Of a stretch of 64,000 bases of DNA, positions 49,278 to 58,854 are shown piece by piece. The notes beneath the pieces were generated by a model. The model searched no databases. It saw nothing but the letters and a program-made list of their open reading frames with translations, and was not told the origin of the DNA. Source of the DNA: an uncultured Christensenella sp. (GTDB lineage Bacteria; Bacillota; Clostridia; Christensenellales; UBA3700); contig CAJTNA010000001.1 of NCBI GenBank assembly GCA_910577845.1, forward strand, positions 157,329-221,328, given 5' to 3'. Positions within the stretch are counted from its first letter, which is position 1. Each line of letters opens with the position of its first letter. The position numbers and the translations under genes are program-made.

Positions 49278-49843
49278 TCCAATTCCCTCTCAGCTTGAGA
49301 CTTTTTCAAGTATAACGGAATGAACATATCTACATATTCTTTGCCATTTATTTTAGATAACACACAATCTATAATTTTTTGAATATTTCTATCACCATTC
49401 CACAAAATCACCTCGCCATCAAATGAGGATAATTCCGATTTTGTGTAATTGGCAAGCTGAATTTGCTTACCATTTTCATACTCACCCACATAGTAATTAT
49501 CGTGTCTGCAATCTAGTGCAACTAAAATATTGTTAGTAATATTATATGCAATACTTTCAAAAGTGTTAATAGCAATTCTATTTGCATTTGTTGCAAAAGC
49601 TATACCATTACAAGTTGTAACACCAAGCCTTATCCCCGTAAACGAACCAGGTCCAACTACACAAACTACATTTTGCAAATCCTTTATTGTACCCCCAGCC
49701 TTAGTAATCACTTCATCAATCGCTGGCAGTAACATACTATTATGTTTTTTATTGCCATTACTTGTCTTTATAAAAGATTTTCCGTTTGTGTAATACATAA
49801 CAAACAATTCATTTTGACAGCTATCTACCAACAAAAAATTCAT
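49271..49843 (-). CDS. tsaB: tRNA t6A37 biosynthesis protein TsaB
   Basis: GPGSFTGIRLGV motif; lies between tsaE and rimI. Confidence 0.85.
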   Translation of the reverse strand: MNFLLVDSCQNELFVMYYTNGKSFIKTSNGNKKHNSMLLPAIDEVITKAGGTIKDLQNVVCVVGPGSFTGIRLGVTTCNGIAFATNANRIAINTFESIAYNITNNILVALDCRHDNYYVGEYENGKQIQLANYTKSELSSFDGEVILWNGDRNIQKIIDCVLSKINGKEYVDMFIPLYLKKSQAERELEC

Positions 49844-50259
49844 TTGATACCTTCCTCAATCACAAATTTCCTCAAATTATCACCTAATTTTTCAATATTG
49901 ATTGTAATTATCTTTTTATCGTCTGGAAACTCTGTAAACTTGTTCCACTCAATCACAGCAATTCCATCTTCATACAGATTATCACTGATACCAAGCTCCC
50001 AAAGCTCATCCTCACTTTCTACTCTATACATATCATAATGTGACAATTTATATTTTGCATTGTACTCTTTCATAAACGCAAAAGTCGGACTAGTGACTAT
50101 ATCACTAACCCCAAGTTCCGCAAATAGTGCTTTTGTGAAAGTAGTTTTACCCGCACCTAAATCACCATTAAGCAAAATAATTTCCTTACCTTGCAAACTT
50201 TCCGCAATTTGTTTTGCTAATTTTTTTGTATCGTCTACGCTGTTTGATATGTATTCCAT
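49840..50259 (-). CDS. tsaE: tRNA t6A37 biosynthesis ATPase TsaE
   Basis: GDLGAGKTTF P-loop, SPTF and HYDMYR motifs. Confidence 0.9.
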   Translation of the reverse strand: MEYISNSVDDTKKLAKQIAESLQGKEIILLNGDLGAGKTTFTKALFAELGVSDIVTSPTFAFMKEYNAKYKLSHYDMYRVESEDELWELGISDNLYEDGIAVIEWNKFTEFPDDKKIITINIEKLGDNLRKFVIEEGIK

Positions 50260-50396
50260 ATCGCTATTATATAACTTTTTTTAATTAATTGCAATAAAAT
50301 AGTTGCAATTTGTAATATAATATTGTATACTTATATTGTAAATATAATTAATGTTAATAATTACAAATTGTTAATTTTAGTTAGTTTACTTAACTG

Positions 50397-50512
50397 AAAA
50401 CTTTGGGGCGAGGTGTAATTCCTCACCGGTGGTATAGCCCACGACCATTGCTTGCAATGCTGAATAGGTGCAATTCCTATGCCGACAGTATAGTCTGGAT
50501 GAGAAAAGTTTT
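50397..50512 (+). ncRNA. FMN riboswitch (RFN element) aptamer
   Basis: P1 aaaacttt/aaagtttt. Conserved blocks: ggggcgaggtgtaattcctcaccggtggtatagcccacga, ggtgcaattcc and gccgacagtatagtctggatgagaa. A riboflavin transporter gene lies downstream. Confidence 0.9.
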
Positions 50513-50629
50513 AAACTCAAGTGCAAATACTGATTTGTTCATTTTTGTTGTAATAATAGTTATTTAAATTATTAATTATTTGTCAAATTTGTTATAAATT
50601 ATTGTTAGCATCTTGAAAAAGTTCTTATT

Positions 50630-50657
50630 TCATACCCAAAGTGCGGTATGATTTTTT
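50630..50657 (+). terminator. Probable expression-platform terminator of the FMN riboswitch
   Basis: tcatacc-caaagtgc-ggtatga followed by tttttt, just before the ribU RBS. Confidence 0.5.
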
Positions 50658-50676
50658 CTTTTGGAGGACTTTTTTT

Positions 50677-51429
50677 ATGAATGTAGCAAAAATTTTTAAC
50701 ACAAGAAAAATCACTGGTATGGCTATACTTTCCGCACTTGCGATTGTGTTACTCTACATACCAGTATTAAGATTTTCTATCTTCCCTATGGCACCATTTT
50801 TGGAATATGATGCTTGTGACATTCCGATAATGTTTGCAACATTTAGTTACGGACCTATTTCTGGACTAATTGTGACATTTATTGTTAGTGTTATACAAGG
50901 CTTAACAATATCATCACAAAGTAGCTTTTATGGAATATTGATGCATATTCTTGCAACAGGCTCATTTACTTTAAGTGCAGGATTTTTATTTGCTTTTTTA
51001 AAGCATAAAAAATTTAATCAAATTGCTTCTCTTGCGATTTCAACAGTTGTGGGTTCAATTTGTTGGTTAGTTGTTATGATTCTTGCAAATATGGCAATCA
51101 CTCCTTTATTTATGAAAGTTCCTTTTTCTGAACTTATGAAAATAATGCTACCAGCAATAATTCCTTTCAACTTAATAAAAGCAAGTGTAAATGGAACTAT
51201 TGGTGCTATCCTTTATATCCCCTTACACAAAAGTGTTTCAAGATACCTTGATAAACAAGTTGTTACAGAGGCAGACCTTGCTATGCTACCACCCGTTTAT
51301 CAAGCTAACGAAAATAACGCTACTCAAGATAATTCCGAAAGTAATGTTGTTTTAGATAGCTCTCAAAACAACGCTTCTATAGATAGCATTGACTTAGATA
51401 ACAAATCAAATGACGACAATTCAATTTAG
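50677..51429 (+). CDS. ribU: ECF transporter S component for riboflavin (RibU-like)
   Basis: Polytopic membrane protein behind an FMN riboswitch and a GGAGG RBS. It has a low-complexity N/S/D-rich C-terminal tail. Confidence 0.8.
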   Translation: MNVAKIFNTRKITGMAILSALAIVLLYIPVLRFSIFPMAPFLEYDACDIPIMFATFSYGPISGLIVTFIVSVIQGLTISSQSSFYGILMHILATGSFTLSAGFLFAFLKHKKFNQIASLAISTVVGSICWLVVMILANMAITPLFMKVPFSELMKIMLPAIIPFNLIKASVNGTIGAILYIPLHKSVSRYLDKQVVTEADLAMLPPVYQANENNATQDNSESNVVLDSSQNNASIDSIDLDNKSNDDNSI

Positions 51430-51554
51430 GAATAAATATCAACAACTTAACCACCATTAATTTGGTGGTTATTTTTATAAAATACTTGACATTTTATAAT
51501 AACTATTATATAATTACAAATGTTATATAACGAGTGTAATATTAAAGAGGAATT

Positions 51555-52103
51555 ATGCCAAAGCAAATAATTGACAAAGAGAAAATCTTAAAAGTTGCAT
51601 TTCAAATGGTAAAAGCAAATGGCTTTGAAGCCGTTAATGCTCGCAGTGTTGCAAAAAAAATTGGTTGTTCAGTGCAACCTATATATAGCTATTTTACAAA
51701 TATGGAAAGCTTAAAACAAGAAATTAATATGCAAGCAATGAATTTTTATAATGAATTTATATATTCTCGTGCTGATTACAATAATATTTTAGAAAGTATG
51801 GCAAATGCAAATGTAGCTTTTGCTAAATACGAAACTAACCTTTTCAAATTGTTATTTTTTCAAAAATTAAACGGACTAAATAGCTTTAATGATATTTATG
51901 AATGGATTGGTGATAAAGAAGCGACTAGACAGCTTGCCACAAAACTTGGTCTTTCTGAGCAAAAAATTAAAGAAGTATACATTATGCTTATAGTATTCAC
52001 TCACGGCGTAGCTACTATGATAGCAACTGGCGGAGCAAACATATCAGATGAGGAAATTGCAAGTTTTTTAAAGCAAGGATACAATGCCTTTCTTAAACCA
52101 TAA
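51555..52103 (+). CDS. TetR/AcrR family transcriptional regulator
   Basis: N-terminal HTH (VNARSVAKKIGCSVQPIYSYF). Confidence 0.85.
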   Translation: MPKQIIDKEKILKVAFQMVKANGFEAVNARSVAKKIGCSVQPIYSYFTNMESLKQEINMQAMNFYNEFIYSRADYNNILESMANANVAFAKYETNLFKLLFFQKLNGLNSFNDIYEWIGDKEATRQLATKLGLSEQKIKEVYIMLIVFTHGVATMIATGGANISDEEIASFLKQGYNAFLKP

Positions 52104-52346
52104 AATTGTATGTTTTTAATATAAAATAAAATTAAAGCGAAATATATTTTTCTAATGAAATCTGCACATATAGATATAATACAAAATAATTTTTTAGTAA
52201 TTAATGATAAAAATTCTAAATTTTAAAATACAAGTTACTATTTATCATAAGTACTTATTATTTAAATTAACTTAAGTTAATGCAAAATGTGGGTTCACCA
52301 CTCTTTGCGATAGATTTTGATAATAAAAAAATATTGGAGGGGTATT

Positions 52347-53033
52347 ATGAATACACAATTAATTTTAAATTACCTAAACAATTTAAGCAAAAATAACAAC
52401 AGAGAATGGTTCGCTGAAAACAAACGTGAACGACAAGAGGCTACAGCTCAATTTGAAGAGTTATTGCAAGAACTTATTTACTCTATTGGCACTTTTGACA
52501 AGAGTATTTTGCATAACGTACCTAAAGAGCTAACATTCAAACAAGTACGTGATACAAGATTTAGCAATGACAAATCACCATATAATCCAACTTTTAGAGC
52601 TCACATTTCTTCAATGGGCAAATTACCTATCCCAGTTGGTTACTACATTATGATTAAACCAAATGGTGGAACATTTTTAGGCGGAGGCTTATTTGCAGAT
52701 ATGTTTAACGATGCAACTAAAATGATTCGTGATTACATATCTGAACATCCAACCGAACTTGATAATATTATAAATGACGAAAACTTTAAAAAATATTTTG
52801 TTGTTAAAGGCAATGCATTAAAAAATGTACCAAATGGCTATGATAAAGAACATCCTCAAGCTGAATTTTTAAAATTCAAATCTTGGTACTTGGAATATTT
52901 TATTTCTGATGACGAACTTTTAGATGCAAAAGCTTTTATCGCAAAAGCAACAGATATTTTTAAAGCTATGAAACCTTTCAATGATTATTTGAATGTTGCC
53001 CTTAAAGACTTTAAAATGCCTACACGTGGTTAA
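52347..53033 (+). CDS. DUF2461 (TIGR02453) family protein
   Basis: NNREWFAENK N-terminal motif and RDTRFSNDKSPY motif. Start set at 52347 behind a GGAGGGG RBS. Confidence 0.8.
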   Translation: MNTQLILNYLNNLSKNNNREWFAENKRERQEATAQFEELLQELIYSIGTFDKSILHNVPKELTFKQVRDTRFSNDKSPYNPTFRAHISSMGKLPIPVGYYIMIKPNGGTFLGGGLFADMFNDATKMIRDYISEHPTELDNIINDENFKKYFVVKGNALKNVPNGYDKEHPQAEFLKFKSWYLEYFISDDELLDAKAFIAKATDIFKAMKPFNDYLNVALKDFKMPTRG

Positions 53034-53391
53034 TAACTGATTTAACATAATAAAGCAAGTACAAAATGTATTTATTTTAATATTTTAACTTATAGTATAA
53101 ATACTTAAAAAAACAAGATTATTAAATTAGAATGTTAAATTTTAACATAATTTTTATTATCGGAAGCTGTAGTAAATAGCCCGTAAGACTATTTTACATA
53201 AGTGATTGTTTATTCGAATTGTGTCAGCTTGATTTATTCATTAAAAAGCGTTAGCTTTTATTAAATTTGAGTACTCTCAAATTTAACGACACATAGCTTT
53301 TAATTTTATATAATCTTAATATTATTAACCACTGCCCTTAAACAAAGTAAATATTGAAAGTGAATACAAATTTAATCTTTTTAATAATTAC

Positions 53392-53420
53392 TTGACAAAA
53401 AAATTTGTTTATATTATACT
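53392..53420 (+). promoter_or_regulatory. Promoter of tRNA-Thr
   Basis: TTGACA, 17-nt spacer, TATACT. Confidence 0.6.
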
Positions 53421-53460
53421 AATATCATCATATCAAACGATATGATGATATTAGTTTTTT
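53419..53460 (+). terminator. Perfect 16-bp hairpin terminator overlapping the tRNA-Thr promoter -10
   Basis: ctaatatcatcatatc-aaac-gatatgatgatattag followed by tttttt. Confidence 0.65.
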
Positions 53461-53489
53461 ATTCTCACAAAGCGTTAAAACCCTAAAAT

Positions 53490-53565
53490 GCTACTGTGGC
53501 TCAGGCGGTAGAGCACGTCCTTGGTAAGGACGAGGTCACGGGTTCAAGTCCCGTCAGTAGCTCCA
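53490..53565 (+). tRNA. tRNA-Thr (anticodon GGU), CCA encoded
   Basis: Acceptor gctactg/cagtagc, anticodon stem cgtcc/ggacg with loop ttGGTaa, and T-arm cgggttcaagtcccg. Confidence 0.9.
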
Positions 53566-53881
53566 ACGGAAAAGTCTGTACTTTTAGACAATCAGATATG
53601 CTAATCACATATCTGCTTTGTCATTTTCAGACGGTTTTTCCTCTTATCCCACAAAGTCTTTTTATAAAAAGCCTCTGCGGGAACCCTATTTTTATTCCGT
53701 AATGACGGAGTCATCGAAATAATGCGATACTCGCAAGGCTCTTTATTCTGTAATAACAATATTACTAAAAAAGTAATATTTTCACAAAACGCTTTTACTT
53801 GTTCATCTCTACTATTAACTTGTTCATAAATGGTTAATTACTTGCTATCATAATTGTGGCAATAATGTATGCTTTTGATAT

Positions 53882-54592
53882 TTATCTCTTAACTTTTACT
53901 TTTAACAATAAAGCAATTACAGCACAAAGCAAGATAAAAATGCCAAATAATACAGGTAAATGCCAAACTTGAAAATTCGTCATAGCCTTAAATGCGATTG
54001 TGGCTGGGAATGCATATGCAATATATTGCATAAACTGCGGTAACATTTCTGCGGAAAACATAATGCCTGATATCATTGTAGACGGCAAGAATATTGCCAT
54101 CGCAATCATTGTCAACTTTGCTTGTTGCTTGAATAAAAGTCCAAAGACACACCCCAAAGCAAGAGTTACTGCAAGTATACATACAAGCGATAAAAAATAC
54201 CATAACAAATTAGACGGCAAATTTGCTTTAAAAATTAAAGTTGAAAGAGCAAATACAATAATACAACAAATAAGCGTATGTATAAAAGAGGAAATAAACT
54301 GCGATATTACGCCAAACCATATAGGTGCACCATTTGCCTTATATACCTTTTTAACATCTGTACCATATATTTCCGCAACAGCTGGTGGCAAGCCAAATAA
54401 AGCACTCATTATTATTGTAAATATTGTCATTGATGAAGTAAGCGTTTTTGTAGCATTTGTATCAATAGATGTAAAAATTCCCCCCATAAATAGAAAAAAA
54501 ATAAGCGGTACAAGGTAGCAAACAATAAGCATACCTTTATTGCGTATATCAAATTTAAATTGTAAACCTATACCATATAAAAAAGCTTTCAT
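53882..54592 (-). CDS. ABC-2 type transporter permease
   Basis: 236 aa with six TM segments; 4-nt overlap with the upstream ATPase gene. Confidence 0.8.
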   Translation of the reverse strand: MKAFLYGIGLQFKFDIRNKGMLIVCYLVPLIFFLFMGGIFTSIDTNATKTLTSSMTIFTIIMSALFGLPPAVAEIYGTDVKKVYKANGAPIWFGVISQFISSFIHTLICCIIVFALSTLIFKANLPSNLLWYFLSLVCILAVTLALGCVFGLLFKQQAKLTMIAMAIFLPSTMISGIMFSAEMLPQFMQYIAYAFPATIAFKAMTNFQVWHLPVLFGIFILLCAVIALLLKVKVKR

Positions 54593-55404
54593 TTTTCCTC
54601 ACCTCTCACAATATTTATAAAGTTTTGTTCAAGCGATACTCTGTCCGTTTGAATTTCGGAAATTGATATTCCTTTTTGTTCATATTCCGACAATACCATA
54701 AACAAAGTTTCTGTTATATTTTCTGTTTCGTAATCTTTTTGCCCATCATCAGTTTTTATATGTATAATGTGTCTTTTCCCACCCATAGAGGTAAATTCGT
54801 CAATCGTTCCAATAAAAGCGATACTTCCCTCTTTTAAAACTGCTACTCTATCACATAAATCTTCTACTTCCGCCATATCGTGACTTGCAAGAATTATTGT
54901 TTTACCTTGCGATTTTAATTCACGTATTTGATTATGTAATGATACACGCCCCTCAACATCAAGCCCCGCTGTTTGCTCGTCAAGGAAAATAATGTCGGGG
55001 TTGCCGATAAGAGCTAGTGCAAGGTGTAATCGGCGTTTTTGTCCTGTTGATAAATCGGAATATCTCTTTTTGGAAAATTCGGGAATTCCAAGAGAATTAA
55101 GCATTTCTTTATCAGCTACTGTTTTATGCCAATTTGCAAAAAGTTTAACAGCTTCCATAGGTTTAATATAGGCTTGCAAAGCTGAAGATTGCAATTGAAT
55201 ACCAACTTTACCATTCACTTTTATGCTCCCACTATCGTAAGTGCGTAAGCCCTCAATACACTCTAGAATTGTAGTTTTCCCAGCACCATTAACACCAAGT
55301 AGAGCAAAAATTTCACCATTATAAACAGATAAATTTATACCTTTTAATACAATATTTGTGCCATAACTTTTTCTTAAGTCTTTAATTTCGATTACACTTT
55401 TCAT
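54589..55404 (-). CDS. ABC transporter ATP-binding protein
   Basis: Walker A GVNGAGKTT, signature LSTGQKRR and Walker B IFLDEQTAGLD. Confidence 0.95.
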   Translation of the reverse strand: MKSVIEIKDLRKSYGTNIVLKGINLSVYNGEIFALLGVNGAGKTTILECIEGLRTYDSGSIKVNGKVGIQLQSSALQAYIKPMEAVKLFANWHKTVADKEMLNSLGIPEFSKKRYSDLSTGQKRRLHLALALIGNPDIIFLDEQTAGLDVEGRVSLHNQIRELKSQGKTIILASHDMAEVEDLCDRVAVLKEGSIAFIGTIDEFTSMGGKRHIIHIKTDDGQKDYETENITETLFMVLSEYEQKGISISEIQTDRVSLEQNFINIVRGEEK

Positions 55405-56185
55405 TTTTTACCTCAAATGGGTTTATTCCCAAATTATTAAAATAAACGCCTAATGCTGGTTCAATAAAACTAAACATATGGTTGTATTCGCTACCATTGG
55501 CTTGCAAATTTACTGAATTCATTAACTGCGACAACATACTCATATCACCGCCAAAGAACTCTGTTATAAGTTGCCAAAATTCTTTTGCAATATTCTGTCC
55601 TTGTTCACTGTCTGGCATAATATTACTTTTTATAGCACAATCGATTTTCTCTAAAATCATATTAAATTTACTTATAAAAATAGGAGCATTTTGTTTATTA
55701 AAATGCTTATGGCAATAATCTAGTATATTGTTATCAAAATACTTTATTGAACGATAATATTTGTTTCCCATTTGTAGATTGATAATAATATCAGCATATT
55801 TTTTAAAATCAACGACTTGCATTTGCATAATTTCTGCTTTTAACAATTCAATTACTTGCAACGATTGCGAAAGTGCGTTTATGCGTTCTTTGATAACAAT
55901 GCTTTGTTCAGTTAATGTGTCTACTGCTTTTTGAGGTGTATCTATAGAAGTAAAATTATTTTTTATCTCATTAATTGAAAAACCTAGAGATTTAAGTGTA
56001 AGTATTTGATGCAACTTGATAATGTCTTTATCACTATATAAACGCCGTCCGCCCTCACTAATACAAGATGGACTAAATAGCCCCTCTTTGTCATAATACT
56101 GCAATGCTCTAACTGTCAGCCCCATTTTCTTTGCTACTTCACCTACTGTCATATACCCTTGCGGAATTGCTTTGTATTTTTCCAT
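55382..56185 (-). CDS. MerR family transcriptional regulator
   Basis: HTH MTVGEVAKKMGLTVRALQYYDKEGL. Start set at 56185 behind a GAGGGG RBS. Long C-terminal effector domain. Confidence 0.85.
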   Translation of the reverse strand: MEKYKAIPQGYMTVGEVAKKMGLTVRALQYYDKEGLFSPSCISEGGRRLYSDKDIIKLHQILTLKSLGFSINEIKNNFTSIDTPQKAVDTLTEQSIVIKERINALSQSLQVIELLKAEIMQMQVVDFKKYADIIINLQMGNKYYRSIKYFDNNILDYCHKHFNKQNAPIFISKFNMILEKIDCAIKSNIMPDSEQGQNIAKEFWQLITEFFGGDMSMLSQLMNSVNLQANGSEYNHMFSFIEPALGVYFNNLGINPFEVKNEKCNRN

Positions 56186-56218
56186 AATATTCCCCTCACA
56201 AATATTGTTATTATATAT

Positions 56219-56249
56219 ATTATAATTCATTACGTGACGTAACAAGCAA
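56219..56249 (-). promoter_or_regulatory. MerR-type promoter with a 19-bp spacer carrying a dyad operator
   Basis: On the minus strand: TTGCTT, then gTTACGTcACGTAAtgaat (19 nt), then TATAAT. Confidence 0.6.
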
Positions 56250-56364
56250 GCTTTTTAAATAATTTTCATTAAATATTTGTTTATAAAATTTAACTTGAAT
56301 TTCAGAATTAGTGATAAATTCTATGTATACAATTATTTATTAGACCAAAGCAAGATTATAATTG

Positions 56365-56410
56365 TGTAAAAAGTTTCAGTCAAATTAATATTAAAGCATA
56401 TTGACTAAAA
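56365..56410 (+). repeat. Copy A of a ~47-nt direct repeat (promoter-like module)
   Basis: tgtaaaaagtttcagtcaaattaatattaaagcatattgactaaa. About 41 of 47 positions match copy B at 59297-59345. Confidence 0.7.
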
Positions 56411-56547
56411 TTTTTCACAACTAATTAATAAGTATAATAGTCTTAATGTTAGATTCTTGTAAAATTATAAGCAATATAATAGCACCTAAAACAAAAGCTT
56501 TAGATGCTATTATACTTATATATAGTTTTTATTAATTGACATTTTAA

Positions 56548-56952
56548 TTAATAATCATTACCATCAAATTCTATGTCATATAGGTCAGTCCAATTGTATT
56601 CATCTGAAAAAGTTTCATTATTAATATATTCTAATATGATACTAAATGCATCTTCACGGCTTATAAAGCAACAAACTGGTACCATCATAGGTTCACCACC
56701 AACATTGTGTTCAATTACTTCAGTGTCTTCATTTTCATCATAAGGAACTAGATAGTCAGGGTGACGCATAATGAAAAAGCCATAAGGCTCTTCATAAAAC
56801 ATTATAAGTGTTTCATCACTGCCATCTACTTCAAAAGAGGAGTCACCGCTTCCCTCTTGCCAATATTCTGCTTCTTTATTGACAAATTCTTTAATAAAAT
56901 CCTCACTTGGATTTTTAATTTTTTCACCATTTGCTCCATAAAAAATAACCAT
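56548..56952 (-). CDS. Hypothetical acidic protein, possibly an immunity-type protein
   Basis: 134 aa, acidic. The overall pattern is reminiscent of polymorphic-toxin immunity proteins. This assignment is weak and no toxin gene is adjacent. Confidence 0.35.
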   Translation of the reverse strand: MVIFYGANGEKIKNPSEDFIKEFVNKEAEYWQEGSGDSSFEVDGSDETLIMFYEEPYGFFIMRHPDYLVPYDENEDTEVIEHNVGGEPMMVPVCCFISREDAFSIILEYINNETFSDEYNWTDLYDIEFDGNDY

Positions 56953-57217
56953 ACTTTTATCCTCTTGTGTTTTTAATGATTAAACAAATTATAGCCTTAT
57001 TTTTTAAGATTTTCAAGTGTTTTTAAAGTAAATTTACATATTAAAGTTTAACAACTATTAAATATCAATAAATTGTTTACAAGTTATAAGCATTCGCTGT
57101 AAATTATCAAAATGATTATACTTAATTATAAAAGTTAATATTGCTTATTAATCAATTTTATGGTATAAAATATAAGTTTAATAATAAATTTATTACATAT
57201 GATTGAGGTGATAAATT

Positions 57218-57833
57218 ATGTTGCAATTTGGAATGCCAACTTTGATAGAAAATCACACTTTGGAAGATAATATACATTTATGCCAAAATCTTGGATTAAA
57301 ATTTATTGAGTTAAATATGAATTTTCCTAAATACCAATTAAAAAATCTTGCAGATACAAAAAAAATTTTTGATTTAGCAAGTAAAGCTGGCATATACTAC
57401 ACTATTCATTTAGATGAAAATGTTTACATTTATGGCTTCAATTTATTTGTAAGCAAAGCATATTTACGAACTATTAAAAAAACTATATCAATTGCAAAAA
57501 AATTACTGCCCTTACAAAATAGATTTGGCAACCAAAGTATGCCATTTGTAATTAATATGCATATGAATCACGGAGTTTATATGACATTACCTAAAGAAAA
57601 TATATATGTATGAAAGAAATCTTAATATGTATTTAGATTGCTGTAAACAATTCCGCTCTTTATGTGAAAAATGGATTGGTAATGCAAACATAATAATAAC
57701 CATTGAAAACACTGATGGCTTCCTTGAATATGAAAAAACCTCAATTGACTATTTGTTAGAAAGTCCAAAATTCGGTTTAACTTGGGATATTGGACATTCC
57801 AAAGCAATAGGTGAAACAGATGTACAGATATAA
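57218..57833 (+). pseudogene. Frameshifted, C-terminally truncated sugar phosphate isomerase/epimerase (xylose isomerase-like TIM barrel)
   Basis: Two overlapping ORFs (57218-57613 and 57606-57833) join across the atatatatg tract. The combined ~206 aa is short for the family. Confidence 0.65.
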
Positions 57834-57883
57834 TTTGTTAAAATTCAAGTTGAAACTAATAATCTTTAGACTATGCTTCTAAA

Positions 57884-58831
57884 TTATATTTCATCAAAAA
57901 AAGTTATTTGTTCTATACTAGGCTTTAAAAAAGATTTTTGATTGCCTTGTATTATTATATCCGTATCCATAATTTCGCCCAAAAGTAAAGGTGAATTTGG
58001 ATTATGTAATTTATTAATTTCCCAAGCTTTTTGCGGATTTTGGTTTGCGTAACAATACTTACACCCATTAAGACAAGTATCATATGCACCAATATCTCTA
58101 CTCTCAATGCAATGACATCCCTCACGCATACCTTTATGCTTTATATCCTTAAATTCACAACCATTTGCCTTGCCTAAAAGTTCCAAAGTCGCACAACCTG
58201 AACTTTTTATTCCGTATTTAGAAAAATCACCATTTGTACCACAAGTTTGTATACTTATATTATATTTTTTAGCAATGTCACCTAAAATTTGAGCAATTAT
58301 TGCCTTATCATTTTCAGTAAAAGGAATTATCTCTGGCATATTTTTTTCAAGCTTTTTATACATTTCCACAAAGGAAAATACACAATTATTAATATATGGT
58401 GCAACTCTGCTTGCAATATAATCAAAAGTCTTTGCGTGCATATCAATAGTATACTTTTCAGTAAGCAAAATGGGGTCATAACGCCAAGTTAATCTTTGTT
58501 TACCAACCATATTTGCAAGATTTATAAGCGTTTGTATACTATTATCAATTGAAGGAACATAAGGTTCTATCTCACTACCATAAGCAGTTATAGTATAGTG
58601 AAAATATGTGCGATATTTATCAGTAATCTCTCTAAGCCTAGGTAGTATAGGCTTGTAATTTTTAGAACAGAATAAAACCAAGTCAATTTTATCTGGTGAA
58701 AGTTCATACTTTGTCACTTTGTTTGGAAATAGCGGATTTCTTGTATAAACAAACCCTTCTTCAAATCGTTTAAACAACCATTCTGAATAATATTGTGCAA
58801 TATCTGTCCTTGCACCAGTATTTAAAATCAT
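57884..58831 (-). CDS. DUF1848 domain-containing protein
   Basis: N-terminal ARTDIAQYYSEWLFKRFEEGFVYTRNP, WRYDPIL, and a C-terminal Cys cluster (CHCIESRDIGAYDTCLNGCKYCYAN). Confidence 0.8.
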   Translation of the reverse strand: MILNTGARTDIAQYYSEWLFKRFEEGFVYTRNPLFPNKVTKYELSPDKIDLVLFCSKNYKPILPRLREITDKYRTYFHYTITAYGSEIEPYVPSIDNSIQTLINLANMVGKQRLTWRYDPILLTEKYTIDMHAKTFDYIASRVAPYINNCVFSFVEMYKKLEKNMPEIIPFTENDKAIIAQILGDIAKKYNISIQTCGTNGDFSKYGIKSSGCATLELLGKANGCEFKDIKHKGMREGCHCIESRDIGAYDTCLNGCKYCYANQNPQKAWEINKLHNPNSPLLLGEIMDTDIIIQGNQKSFLKPSIEQITFFDEI

Positions 58832-58854
58832 AAGCTAAACCTTACACAAATTAA

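Noticed and set aside
53496-53702. 68-aa plus-strand ORF.
   Set aside because: It begins inside tRNA-Thr (53490-53565) and reads through the tRNA sequence, so it is spurious.
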